From the NCBI GenBank assembly GCA_026134085.1, contig JAOQIN010000017.1:1-34546 (forward strand): a DNA stretch of 34,546 nt. Direction: 5' to 3'. Positions 9,174 through 18,387 of this stretch are shown one piece after another. A program made the position numbers and the translations under genes. Within the stretch, counting starts at the first letter, position 1; every line of letters begins with the position of its first letter. This stretch comes from Candidatus Methanoxibalbensis ujae. Its GTDB lineage: Archaea; Halobacteriota; Syntropharchaeia; Alkanophagales; Methanospirareceae. The notes under the pieces were generated by a model that saw only the letters and a program-made list of their open reading frames with translations, searched no databases and was not told the DNA's origin.

Positions 9174-9941
9174 GAAAAGGTCTCTCTCCCTGCTGAACAG
9201 TATTTCGGATATACTTCCTGAATTGTGAGGCAGATTCAATCCTCTGACGATTGCGATTGGTATGCCCTCACTCAGTTCGCCCATGACGAGATTTGCGGCT
9301 GCGCATATCTCATCAGCAACTGCCACCTTGGTCACTCTTGCGATCCTGCCAAACCGATCGGCATCTCCCCTCCTGTCGAGGAGTGGTGAGATTCCAGAAA
9401 CGCCTATGCATGTGCCGACAACTCCGTCTCTGAACGCCCTTCCGTGCGAATCAGCTATGAGAACAGCGATTTTCCTGTTGATCCTTCTCTCTATCTCAGC
9501 TCTGAGCACATCAGCACTCCTTTGAGGATCTTCAGGAAGAAGAATAACATAACCCTCCGGCACATTTGACTCGTCAATGCCAGCATTCGCACATATAAAA
9601 CCGTGTTTTGTCTCCACAATAATGTGTCCGTTTCCCGTTCTCACGATTTCGCGAGATTCATCAATTATTATCTGCACTATCCTCGGGTCTTTCCTGTTTT
9701 CTCCGCCTGTACGCTCTGCCAATCTAAATGCTTCCTCGCTCGGATTGACAGCTGATAGAGATACAATGCGCCCCTCGCTCTTTGATATTATTTTTGATGC
9801 GAAAACAATTGCATCTCCGTCTCTGATCGAAATATTGTTTGCATGAAGCGCCTCAATGAATATTCCAGCAATGTCATCACCCTCTTTTATCTCAGGAATC
9901 CCTCTCAAACCGAATATTTCTATGTGTGTTGTTCCCTTCAT
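9168..9941 (-). CDS. cofE: Coenzyme F420-0:L-glutamate ligase
   Basis: IPEIKEGDD, ASKIISKSEGR, ETKHGFICANAGIDESN, LLPEDP, DSHGRAFRDG, ADEICAAANLVMGE..EGIP, DLFR. ATG 9941 overlaps the upstream stop (ATGA). Confidence 0.95.
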   Translation of the reverse strand: MKGTTHIEIFGLRGIPEIKEGDDIAGIFIEALHANNISIRDGDAIVFASKIISKSEGRIVSLSAVNPSEEAFRLAERTGGENRKDPRIVQIIIDESREIVRTGNGHIIVETKHGFICANAGIDESNVPEGYVILLPEDPQRSADVLRAEIERRINRKIAVLIADSHGRAFRDGVVGTCIGVSGISPLLDRRGDADRFGRIARVTKVAVADEICAAANLVMGELSEGIPIAIVRGLNLPHNSGSISEILFSRERDLFR

Positions 9942-11260
9942 TTCTCCACCTGAACACAAAGCTCGTTCAGTGCTATGAGAATGCGGGTGGCGTGCGCTAT
10001 CTCATCCAATGATATGCGCTCTGAGGGTGTGTGGCATCGCCAGAGCTCTCCAGGACCCCAGACAGCAACATCCCATCCGAATTCATGAAGGTTCAGCGCA
10101 TCAGTCCATGAGGGCATCTCACAGTATTCCACAGTCATTCCCGTTGAATGTATGGCGAATTCAAGTGCTTCCCTCGCAACTCCCTCTATCCTGAAGCCGT
10201 CGGTCTCATCCAGTATGTCAATATGACAGACAACTTCTCCTCCCGCATCTGCTCCTTTCACATACTCTCCATCAGTGACAACGATGCAGCGTGATGAAAT
10301 CACTTCTATAAGCGCTTTTTTGAGCGAGGATGCACTTTCAGACGGCTTCAACCTGAATTCCAAACGCGCCTCACAGCGCTCTGGAACCGCATATAAATCG
10401 CTTCCACCACGGATGCACTGCAAAAAACACGGATGAAGCTCCCTGAGATCCCTCAGGATGCGGAACATCTCCTCTATTGCATTCACTCCCATTTCAGGTG
10501 TTGAGCCATGCGCTGACATTCCATATACGCGAAGCAAAACCTCAAGCGACCCCAGATGAGCATCTGCAACCCTCAACGATGTCGGCTCCATCACAACCGC
10601 CCTCATATTACCATTTTTTTTCTTTCTCTTTCTCCCTCTCCTTCTCTCTGTCTCTCTCCCTTTCTCTTTTTCTTTTTCTCCCTTTTTTCTTTCTCCCTCA
10701 TTTCTTTCTCTCCTCCTATTCTCCTCTCTCCCTCTCACCTCACATTCATCATCACCTCCGCAGCTCAGAATGAGATCATCATCTCTCCCATCTCCACTGT
10801 TGCCACGGTCACTCCCACGACTGCGGCGTGCAAATTCTTCAGAGCCCGTGCCCTCTCCCTCCTCATCACGCAGTAACGCAATGCTCATGTTTAGATCGCT
10901 CTTCTCATCACATTCTTCCGCATGCTTCTCCCCGCGAGGGGCGCTTTGCTCATTAAGCGCATCAAGTGCCATCAATATCGCTGCAACACTCCCCTTCGCA
11001 TCACAAACCCCCGTTCCATATGCATAATATCCATCAAAACAAAATTTATAATTAGTATTTACAGTGTCCACATGCGTAACAACCCAGAAATTCTCATTCG
11101 CACCGCGAACAATCACACCATATTTCTCCTCAACAATCTTGAATCCCGATCTCTCAATATAATCAGAGATAAATCCCAGTATCTCATCCTCCTCACCTGA
11201 TGGAGACTTTATCTCAACAAGCCTTCTCAGAAGTTCCAGCGTCCTTGCTCGCATCTTCAT
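9938..11260 (-). CDS. M20 family metallohydrolase (acetylornithine deacetylase/DapE/LysK-like)
   Basis: SPSGEE, THVDTV, GTGVCDAKG, DEEGEGTG, MEPT, AHGSTP, WTDA, GPG..CHTPSERI; all usual metal ligands are visible. Contains a long charged insertion. Confidence 0.85.
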   Translation of the reverse strand: MKMRARTLELLRRLVEIKSPSGEEDEILGFISDYIERSGFKIVEEKYGVIVRGANENFWVVTHVDTVNTNYKFCFDGYYAYGTGVCDAKGSVAAILMALDALNEQSAPRGEKHAEECDEKSDLNMSIALLRDEEGEGTGSEEFARRSRGSDRGNSGDGRDDDLILSCGGDDECEVRGREENRRRERNEGERKKGEKEKEKGRETERRRGRKRKKKNGNMRAVVMEPTSLRVADAHLGSLEVLLRVYGMSAHGSTPEMGVNAIEEMFRILRDLRELHPCFLQCIRGGSDLYAVPERCEARLEFRLKPSESASSLKKALIEVISSRCIVVTDGEYVKGADAGGEVVCHIDILDETDGFRIEGVAREALEFAIHSTGMTVEYCEMPSWTDALNLHEFGWDVAVWGPGELWRCHTPSERISLDEIAHATRILIALNELCVQVEK

Positions 11261-11303
11261 CCTTCATCATCCTTCATATAATATGATAATCGAAATAAAA
11301 TAG

Positions 11304-11813
11304 ATGCGGATAAGGAATGTGAAGCGTGAAGATATGCGAGAGTTCATAGATGTATACATGAAATCCTATGAAAATCTTGAAGAATATGCATATAACAAAA
11401 GAAATGAGGTTAAAAGATATTTCAAATGGCTGCTATATAGAGATTCTAATGGTTTTTTCGTTTATGAAGTCGGAAATTCAGCTGTTGGATTCATTGCTTG
11501 CGATGCAAATTGGTTCAGCTATTTTGAAAACTGCGTTGTTGGAGAGATTCATGAGATATTTGTGCTGCCTGAGATGCGTGGAAGGGGTATAGGGAAGGCG
11601 ATGCTGCTTCGCGGTCTTGCATATTTTGAGGAGAGGGATCTCAGCATTGCGGAGCTATGGGTTGGCATCACAAACTATGATGCCCAGTCATTTTATCTCA
11701 AAATGCAGTTTGAGCGCGCAGAAATTGTGGGGAAGTGGATGAGAATGCGAAAAATATTGAACGCAGCACGCGGACAACATCGCCTGAAGCTGAACGACGC
11801 AGTCAGACAATAA
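11304..11813 (+). CDS. GNAT family N-acetyltransferase
   Basis: Motif A IFVLPEMRGRGIGKAML; motif B LWVGITNYDAQSFY. Confidence 0.9.
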   Translation: MRIRNVKREDMREFIDVYMKSYENLEEYAYNKRNEVKRYFKWLLYRDSNGFFVYEVGNSAVGFIACDANWFSYFENCVVGEIHEIFVLPEMRGRGIGKAMLLRGLAYFEERDLSIAELWVGITNYDAQSFYLKMQFERAEIVGKWMRMRKILNAARGQHRLKLNDAVRQ

Positions 11814-12216
11814 AGTATGAGTGCTTATACTGCCATAAGAAGCAAATTTAGGTCCAGAGGTGCCCGAGCGTGTGATTATTGATATTGATTATTGATATTA
11901 TAAAGAAAGCGGGTTTGAGACTGAAAAACCGAATGAAATCGTGTATATTTGTCCATTCTGTTCCTCAATTTCTATCTATTCGGCGAAGTTGCTGCCTGGG
12001 TGGAGCAGGGGATTGTGGATAAGGGATGCATGGGGATCGTCCTTCGTCATGGAAGGAGGTGCGAAAAAGGGGTGTTTCAACAGGCAGGGGCATGGATGAT
12101 GATGAATGCATGGATTCATTCCCATGCGGAACTCAGCAAATTCAAAAAATTATATATATAGCTTGGACTTTAGCGGTGCTTCTGGAAGGTGTGAAGATAG
12201 GATATAGAGGTATGAA

Positions 12217-14151
12217 ATGGGATGGAGAGGACTGTTACTCCCTGTTGTGCTGATTATGGGATCACTCGCAGGCAGTGCGGCAACAATTAAGGAGGAGATT
12301 GAGGTTAGCCGAGAGAATCCCTTTATCGCTGAGTTCGTTGTGGAGGAGCCGGGTGAAATATATGCTGAACTGGAATTGAATAAAAACTCTGAGGATATTG
12401 AACTGATCCTGCAATCCCCATTGGGTGAACAAATAAAGGGATATTATGTTGAGGGACGCTATTTTCTGAAATGTGATGTTTCCGGAGATACCACAGGTAA
12501 ATGGCAAATATCTGTCAGAGTTCTTTCTTCTTCTGCTGAAAATTATGGCACTCTAACGCTGACCTATCCAGCGACCCCACCAGCCTCACCGACCCCACCA
12601 GCCTCACCGACCCCACCAGCCTCACCAGCCACAACAGAAACCACACCAACAGGCGAATCAGAAACAGAACCACCAACCATAATAGAAACCACACCAACAG
12701 GCGAGAATGTCCCTGTTGAAACAGAAATAACAATAACATTCAGTGAGCCCATGAACAGCAAATCTGCGGAAGATGCCTTCTATATTTATCCTGAAGTCGC
12801 GGGCAAATTTTATTGGAAAGGAAACACAATGATATTTGTTCCGGGCAATCTCAGCTATGACACGAGATACTCTGTTCGTATTGAACAGGGAGCGAGGGAT
12901 CTGGCAGGCAATACCATGGAGGAATCATATGAATGGGACTTTAAAACCACTGCTCCTCCCACACCCACTCCTCCACTTATACCTCCAACCGCTGTGATAT
13001 CCGCGGGGAAGATAAACGAAGGGGAAAGTGTATCGTTCAGTGCGGAAGCATCAAGCGACAGAGATGGGGAAATAGTATCTTACAATTGGGACTTCGGTGA
13101 CGGAGATACTGGCGTGGGAATGAACATAGAACACACATATTATCATAGCGGGCAATATAATGTCACGCTCACAGTGACTGACAACGATGGTTTATCAGAC
13201 AGTTGCAGCATAACCGTTAACATCGTCACACCGAACGCACCACCAACTGCACACATCCACATCTATCCAAACCCGGTGAGAGAGGGAGAAAGAGTGACAT
13301 TTGAGGGCTATGGCGAAGATGAGGATGGAGAGGTTGTGGAATGCCGCTGGACATTACCTGATGGAAGAACTTTTTTGAATTCCGGCTCGCGGTTCACGCT
13401 TGAGCGCGAGGATATCCAGGCGGGATGGTATAGCTTTGCTGTCAGAGACGATGATGGAGCATGGTCAGAAGAAGTGCGGTTGGAGTTGAAGTTGGAAACA
13501 TCACCAGTTCCATGGATATGGATTTCGGCAGCGACTGCTATTGCTGCTGTCCTTCTGATTATCAGAAAAGCCCTTAAAAAAATTAAAAAAAGAAATTCAA
13601 ACGCCAAAGGCGGAGAAAGCAGAAAAGGCAGGGAAGGAGACGAAAAGGGCTCAATATATGCGGATTCAGATCCACAAAACGCTCTGGTTTATCTTGATAC
13701 CACATATATAGGATTGTCACCAGTAACCGTGCATGAAGTGCCAGTGGGTGCGCATATCGTGAAATTCAGAAAATTCGGCTACTTTGATTGTGAAAGGGAA
13801 GCAATTGTTGATGCAAATCAAAGAACGCATGTTCATTGCGATTTGATGAAAATACCGGAAATAAAACTGAAACTCTCAGCAGAACCTGCGGAAATCCCGG
13901 CTGATGGGGCTTCAAAATCAACGATAACGATAAAGATAGAGGATAATAACGGAATACCAATTCCTGTACCCGAGGATGTGATGGTTGAACTGGCAACAGA
14001 TAATGGGACGATAGAGAGCCCGGTAAAAATACCTGCTGGACATGCGGCTGTTAAGGCAACTTTGACATCTTCCACGGTCAGAGGGACTGCCACAGTAGAG
14101 GCAAAAGCAATATTTTTGAAGGGCAGCACGGAGGTTGAGTTTTATTCATGA
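12217..14151 (+). CDS. Membrane-anchored multidomain surface protein (Ig-like Big_5, PKD, TM helix, PEGA, invasin-type Ig domain)
   Basis: Signal peptide; ITITFSEPMN..ARDLAGN (Big_5/SbsA); SSDRDGEIVSYNWDFGDG..YNVTLTVTDNDG (PKD); TM WIWISAATAIAAVLLII followed by RKALKKIKKR; GSIYADSDPQNALVYLD..G.SP (PEGA); IPADGASKSTITI (Big_1-like). Confidence 0.8.
   Translation: MGWRGLLLPVVLIMGSLAGSAATIKEEIEVSRENPFIAEFVVEEPGEIYAELELNKNSEDIELILQSPLGEQIKGYYVEGRYFLKCDVSGDTTGKWQISVRVLSSSAENYGTLTLTYPATPPASPTPPASPTPPASPATTETTPTGESETEPPTIIETTPTGENVPVETEITITFSEPMNSKSAEDAFYIYPEVAGKFYWKGNTMIFVPGNLSYDTRYSVRIEQGARDLAGNTMEESYEWDFKTTAPPTPTPPLIPPTAVISAGKINEGESVSFSAEASSDRDGEIVSYNWDFGDGDTGVGMNIEHTYYHSGQYNVTLTVTDNDGLSDSCSITVNIVTPNAPPTAHIHIYPNPVREGERVTFEGYGEDEDGEVVECRWTLPDGRTFLNSGSRFTLEREDIQAGWYSFAVRDDDGAWSEEVRLELKLETSPVPWIWISAATAIAAVLLIIRKALKKIKKRNSNAKGGESRKGREGDEKGSIYADSDPQNALVYLDTTYIGLSPVTVHEVPVGAHIVKFRKFGYFDCEREAIVDANQRTHVHCDLMKIPEIKLKLSAEPAEIPADGASKSTITIKIEDNNGIPIPVPEDVMVELATDNGTIESPVKIPAGHAAVKATLTSSTVRGTATVEAKAIFLKGSTEVEFYS
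12572..12625. repeat. 18-bp perfect tandem repeat x3 (TPPASP linker)
   Basis: CGACCCCACCAGCCTCAC x3. Confidence 0.9.
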
Positions 14152-14261
14152 CTGACAGTTCTCCCGTAATCGCTTGATCCTCTCCCGTCATCCTCCTGTG
14201 CCTTCAGCCGGATGGTGGGGAGCCACAAACTTCTACCTCTCAAATCAATCATTTTAATCAA

Positions 14262-14996
14262 TCATTTTTCTTCGTGGCTGAAGCGCAGTTTGAGCACATT
14301 TATCAGCATTGATATGCTGTCCCTCATTATCCTGACCTTTGTCTCAGCGCCTTTTTCCTGCCATTTCACCGGAATTTCTTTCACGCGGAATCCACGCCAC
14401 TGCGCTTTCACGAGCAGTTCAGTGTCCCAGAACCAGTGCTCATCACGAACATCATCAATAATACTGAGAAGTGCATTTCTGCGGAATGCCTTGAATCCGC
14501 ACTGATGGTCCCGCAGCTCTGAACGAAGCAGAAGCCTAACGAGGAAATTATAGACACGGCTCAGCAAGTCCCTTTTAAACGATCTTGAGGTGTGTGATTC
14601 GCTGAGCAACCTTGAGCCTGTGGCGAAATCGTATCCCTCAATTATTGCATCTATCAATGCGCGAAGATATTTCAGGTCTGTTGAAAGATCAACATCAACA
14701 TATGCGAGAACATCACCCTCAGCCACTTTGAATGCTTTGTTCAGCGCCTTTCCGCGACCTAAGCGCTCGTTGCTGTGCAGATATCTGACATTTGCGATCT
14801 TGCTCGCAAGTCTTCTTGCTATTTTATCCGTTCCGTCCGTGCTGCCGTCCTCCGCGATGATGATCTCATATCTCCTGCAGAAAGATGAAAGCGCCCTATC
14901 CACCTCATAAACCGCACGCTCTATTCTCTTCGCTTCGTTATACGCGGGTAAAATCACTGAAACATCAACCCTCATATCACTTGGCGACATTGTCAT
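14262..14996 (-). CDS. Family 2 glycosyltransferase (dolichyl-phosphate hexose synthase/AglD-like)
   Basis: VSVILPAYNE, EDGSTDGT, GRGKAL, DVD, ATGSR, DHQCGFKAF, HWFWDTELL. Start may be 14975. Confidence 0.9.
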   Translation of the reverse strand: MTMSPSDMRVDVSVILPAYNEAKRIERAVYEVDRALSSFCRRYEIIIAEDGSTDGTDKIARRLASKIANVRYLHSNERLGRGKALNKAFKVAEGDVLAYVDVDLSTDLKYLRALIDAIIEGYDFATGSRLLSESHTSRSFKRDLLSRVYNFLVRLLLRSELRDHQCGFKAFRRNALLSIIDDVRDEHWFWDTELLVKAQWRGFRVKEIPVKWQEKGAETKVRIMRDSISMLINVLKLRFSHEEK

Positions 14997-15287
14997 CTTC
15001 TTATTGATTATGATGAGGGATAGTAGATGGAGAAATCGGAGGAGGACAGCCGGCGCTTTCAGTCTTGCGGTGGTGGAGGCTCAATCTCCACAGCAGCCCC
15101 AGCCATACCTCCGCCTCTCCCTCTGCCATGAAGAGATAGGAATCAGCTATTGGAATGAGGAGCGGCGAAATGTGATGTGTTTGATGCGTTTTTTGATGGG
15201 AGGTGGCTTTTTTGATGGGAGGTGGCCTTCAAAGGTCAGACTTCTCAGAATCCTATATCAGGATGCCATATCTTAGCATTCGGATAG

Positions 15288-16571
15288 ATGGATAATGGGG
15301 AAACACTCCTGCTGCTCATAGCATCATCGCTCGCCGGCGTGATTTCAGGCACGCTAACTGGATTGATACCCGGAATACACCCCAACAACATCGCTTCCCT
15401 CCTGATCACGCTGGCTGCGCTTTCATCTGCGGCGTCTGCTGAGCATGAGCTTCTTATATCCGCATTCCTGCTGTCTGCGTCTGTGACGCACACATTTCTC
15501 TCATTCATTCCGTCCGCTTTCATAGGTGCGCCCGAAGGGGAGACAGCGCTGAGCGTTCTTCCGGCACATACCATGCTGCTTCAGGGAAGGGCATATGAGG
15601 CTGTCGTGTTATCTGCGGCAGGAAGCTTTTTCGCCGTCATATTTGCATTCGCATTCTTGCTGCCCTTCAAGTTAATGCTTTTTTTGTATTCATATGTCAG
15701 TGATTTCACGCTGTATGTGCTGATAGGCATATCTCTGCTCCTCATACTGAGCGAAAGCATAAAGAGCATGGAGCCTGTTGAGGCTGTCATCGCATCTTCT
15801 TTCGTCTTCATATTGTCAGGCGTTTTCGGATACTTCATCTCAAATATGAACCTGAGCAGTCCTGTTTTCGCATCATCGTCAAATGCGCTTTTTCCCGCGC
15901 TTACAGGATTGTTCGGTCTTTCAACAGTCATATTTTCGCTTCTACACACTCCTGAAATACCCGCACAGAAAACAGAAAAAACCCGGATAAAAATCTCATC
16001 CGCAATGAAAAGCGCTTTCGTGGGCTCCTCATCCGGGATGTTTGTCAGCTTTATTCCGGGTGTCACCGCCGCACATGCGACCGTCATAGCAATGCTCGCA
16101 CGGAAAAATCGCTCGCCTGAGCATGTCATATTGACTCTGAGTGCCGTGAACACCGCAAACACAATATTTTGTATGGCAACACTTTTCATATTGATTGAAG
16201 CAAGGAGCGGAGTAGCAATCGCACTGCGGAAAATCCTGCCAATAACTCAATGGAACGGTTTCATTCCTCCATATAATCTTTCACTCCTCCTTATCTCCGT
16301 AATTATCGCGAGTTCCGCCGCATATTTCCTGACAATCAAGCTCGGCAAACACTTTTCCATAATGCTTGAGCACATATCTTACCGACATTTCCTTATGATC
16401 ACCGCTCTGATCATCACGGCACTTGTATTTGTCCTGTCAGGAACACTCGGCATTCTCATACTCGCTGTCGCAACATCAATCGGTATCGTGCCCATCACGC
16501 TCGGCGTCAGAAGAAGTAACTGCATGGGCGTGCTTTTGCTCAACATAATTTTTTATCTCCTCCAGCAGTGA
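15288..16571 (+). CDS. Tripartite tricarboxylate transporter TctA-like membrane protein (DUF112)
   Basis: GTLTGLIPGIHPN, THTFLSFIPSAFIGAP, LSVLPAH, FPALTGLFG, FIPGVT, GVRRSNCMG; polytopic. Confidence 0.85.
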   Translation: MDNGETLLLLIASSLAGVISGTLTGLIPGIHPNNIASLLITLAALSSAASAEHELLISAFLLSASVTHTFLSFIPSAFIGAPEGETALSVLPAHTMLLQGRAYEAVVLSAAGSFFAVIFAFAFLLPFKLMLFLYSYVSDFTLYVLIGISLLLILSESIKSMEPVEAVIASSFVFILSGVFGYFISNMNLSSPVFASSSNALFPALTGLFGLSTVIFSLLHTPEIPAQKTEKTRIKISSAMKSAFVGSSSGMFVSFIPGVTAAHATVIAMLARKNRSPEHVILTLSAVNTANTIFCMATLFILIEARSGVAIALRKILPITQWNGFIPPYNLSLLLISVIIASSAAYFLTIKLGKHFSIMLEHISYRHFLMITALIITALVFVLSGTLGILILAVATSIGIVPITLGVRRSNCMGVLLLNIIFYLLQQ

Positions 16572-16666
16572 ATCTTCCAGCAGCGGCCAGATGGTGCAGT
16601 GAGGTCCATTGCTCAATCTCACACAGGCCGCCATAACAATCAATAAAGGAGGACGGGGGCTGATGC

Positions 16667-17185
16667 GTGATGGTCAGGATGGTTGATATAGGCGGAAAGA
16701 GCGAAGTTGAGCGGATTTCAGTTGCATCTGGCAGGATAAAACTGAAAAAAAGCACGATAGATGCGATAAGAGAGGGAAACATAAGAAAAGGTGATGTGCT
16801 TTCCTGTGCCGAAATAGCCGCAATTCTTGCTGTCAAGCGCACGCCTGACATCATACCGCTCTGTCATCCCATAAACATAGAGAATGTTTCTGTATCGTTT
16901 CACATGGATGATGATGCAATAACTGCAGAGGTCACTGTTAAATCCACCGGGAAGACAGGTGTTGAAATGGAAGCGCTGCACGGAGTCTCCACCGCATTGC
17001 TGACGATATGGGATATGGTAAAAGGTGAGGAGAAAGATGAGAGCGGAAATTATCCACACACCTTCATAGAAAACATAAGAGTTGAGAGAAAGGAAAAAAG
17101 AGAGCTCTCTGAGACCCTGCAATCCCCTTCCGCCATCCCATCACAGTCTGCCTCATCCCATCACAGCCAACACTGCATTCCCTAA
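16667..17185 (+). CDS. moaC: Cyclic pyranopterin monophosphate synthase
   Basis: MVDIGGK, KGDVL, AVKRTPDIIPLCHP, KTGVEMEAL, IWDMVK. Confidence 0.95.
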   Translation: MMVRMVDIGGKSEVERISVASGRIKLKKSTIDAIREGNIRKGDVLSCAEIAAILAVKRTPDIIPLCHPINIENVSVSFHMDDDAITAEVTVKSTGKTGVEMEALHGVSTALLTIWDMVKGEEKDESGNYPHTFIENIRVERKEKRELSETLQSPSAIPSQSASSHHSQHCIP

Positions 17186-17604
17186 TCACCGCCGGCTGAA
17201 GAGCGGTCTTGGCAGGGGGAAACATTGAGAACGAGCACTGTCTTATCCTCAACACAGTATATGATGTTGTAATTTCCAAGCTTTGTGCGATAGAGATTGC
17301 ATCTTTTCAGCCTCTCATATGGAGAGGCGAATGGTCTTTTCAGCGAATTTATTATTTTCTTTGCATCTCTGGATCCAAGAGATCTCAACACATCATCACT
17401 TATTTCAACATTGAAACCATATATACTGCCGCTTTTCTTCCTCTCTTTCTCTTTATATCTCTCCATTTTTCTCCTTATTGCATTATATTCCTCATCACTA
17501 AGCTCAAAGAAGCCGGTAAAATTTGCGAATCTCTCTTTTAACTCCCACACTTCCATCCTCAACCTCTCAAGCTCCCTGAGCATTGAATCCACAAGATCCA
17601 TCAT
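17182..17604 (-). CDS. RelE/ParE-fold protein with N-terminal RelB-like antitoxin segment (fused toxin-antitoxin-like)
   Basis: C-terminal FNVEIS...ERLK..NLYRTKLGNYNIIYCVEDKTVLVLNV follows the RelE pattern (YRxRxGdYRiiY); N-terminal LRELERLRMEV..ELSDEE resembles archaeal RelB. Confidence 0.65.
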   Translation of the reverse strand: MMDLVDSMLRELERLRMEVWELKERFANFTGFFELSDEEYNAIRRKMERYKEKERKKSGSIYGFNVEISDDVLRSLGSRDAKKIINSLKRPFASPYERLKRCNLYRTKLGNYNIIYCVEDKTVLVLNVSPCQDRSSAGGD

Positions 17605-17928
17605 TCTGTTTTAAATATGCTGAGAAAAATAAAAAAAGGTACTGGCGGCCATGGTGTGATGAATGCTGGGAAGGAGCATGTGAGAAGGAGAAGGATGCCA
17701 AGAAAGCAAGCCCGTCATGAGGCATCCGCCGGCTGTATGGGAATCTCACGGGATAACAGCAATAAACAAGGTGCAAACAAGTTGAGCGTTCAATGTTTTA
17801 TCATACATAATAATCGAACAGGAAGAGAAAACCTGGTCTCAGCTTATGCCAGCAAAATGCCAGCAGGCGGTCAGGCTGTCAGGTGAAAGTCGGGCGGTGG
17901 AAGCGGATGGGGCTCATCTGCCACTAAA

Positions 17929-18010
17929 ATTTGAAGCGTTTTTCGCAATCGTAGGCAGCAGTTGTGTTGTATATCTCTTGAGATATATCTTTTGAGAGAG
18001 AAGGAGAAAA
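17929..18010 (+). pseudogene. Orphan 3' end of a PGF-CTERM surface protein gene
   Basis: 17929-17951 is identical over 23 nt to 20064-20086; TATATCTTTTGAGA..GAAGGAGAAAA matches the end of 18388-20130. Confidence 0.75.
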
Positions 18011-18105
18011 CAACAGGGATGCCCCGCTTTTCAAAGAGGGGGGGAGCAGCTGGGGCTTTAAAATTTATAATACCTGAAGAAAAGGTTGGGGAGAGGTGAG
18101 AGGAA

Positions 18106-18282
18106 ATGATTAGCAAAGGAAAAATTGAAATTGCGATTCCAAAGACAGGCTTTAATCCCGTGGATGTTATTTCAGAGATCGCAACCTCAACGCTGAAAAA
18201 GCCCGCCAGGGCAAGAAAGTTCACCGTGGTAGGTGGACAAAAAATCACGGAGGATTTGAATAACGAGGAGAACATCTTCTGA
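18106..18282 (+). pseudogene. Short ORF or truncated gene, possibly arrestin-N/SpoOM-like fragment
   Basis: 58 aa MISKGKIEIAIPKTGFNPVDVISEIATSTLKKPARARKFTVVGGQKITEDLNNEENIF*, below the ORF-track cutoff; SD GAGGTGA and TTTATAA at 18064-18070. Confidence 0.4.
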
Positions 18283-18387
18283 TATTTCAATGTTCCTTTT
18301 CGGGCAGAAAGGAGACAATACAGATCGAAGAGGCTTCAGGCGACAGATGCGAAGGGGTTAAATGAGGAAATAAAATAAAAATGGGAA

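Noticed and set aside
10605..10825. Intein or intron in the M20 gene
   Set aside because: No C/S...HN splice motifs and no bulge-helix-bulge pairing; kept only as a low-complexity insertion.
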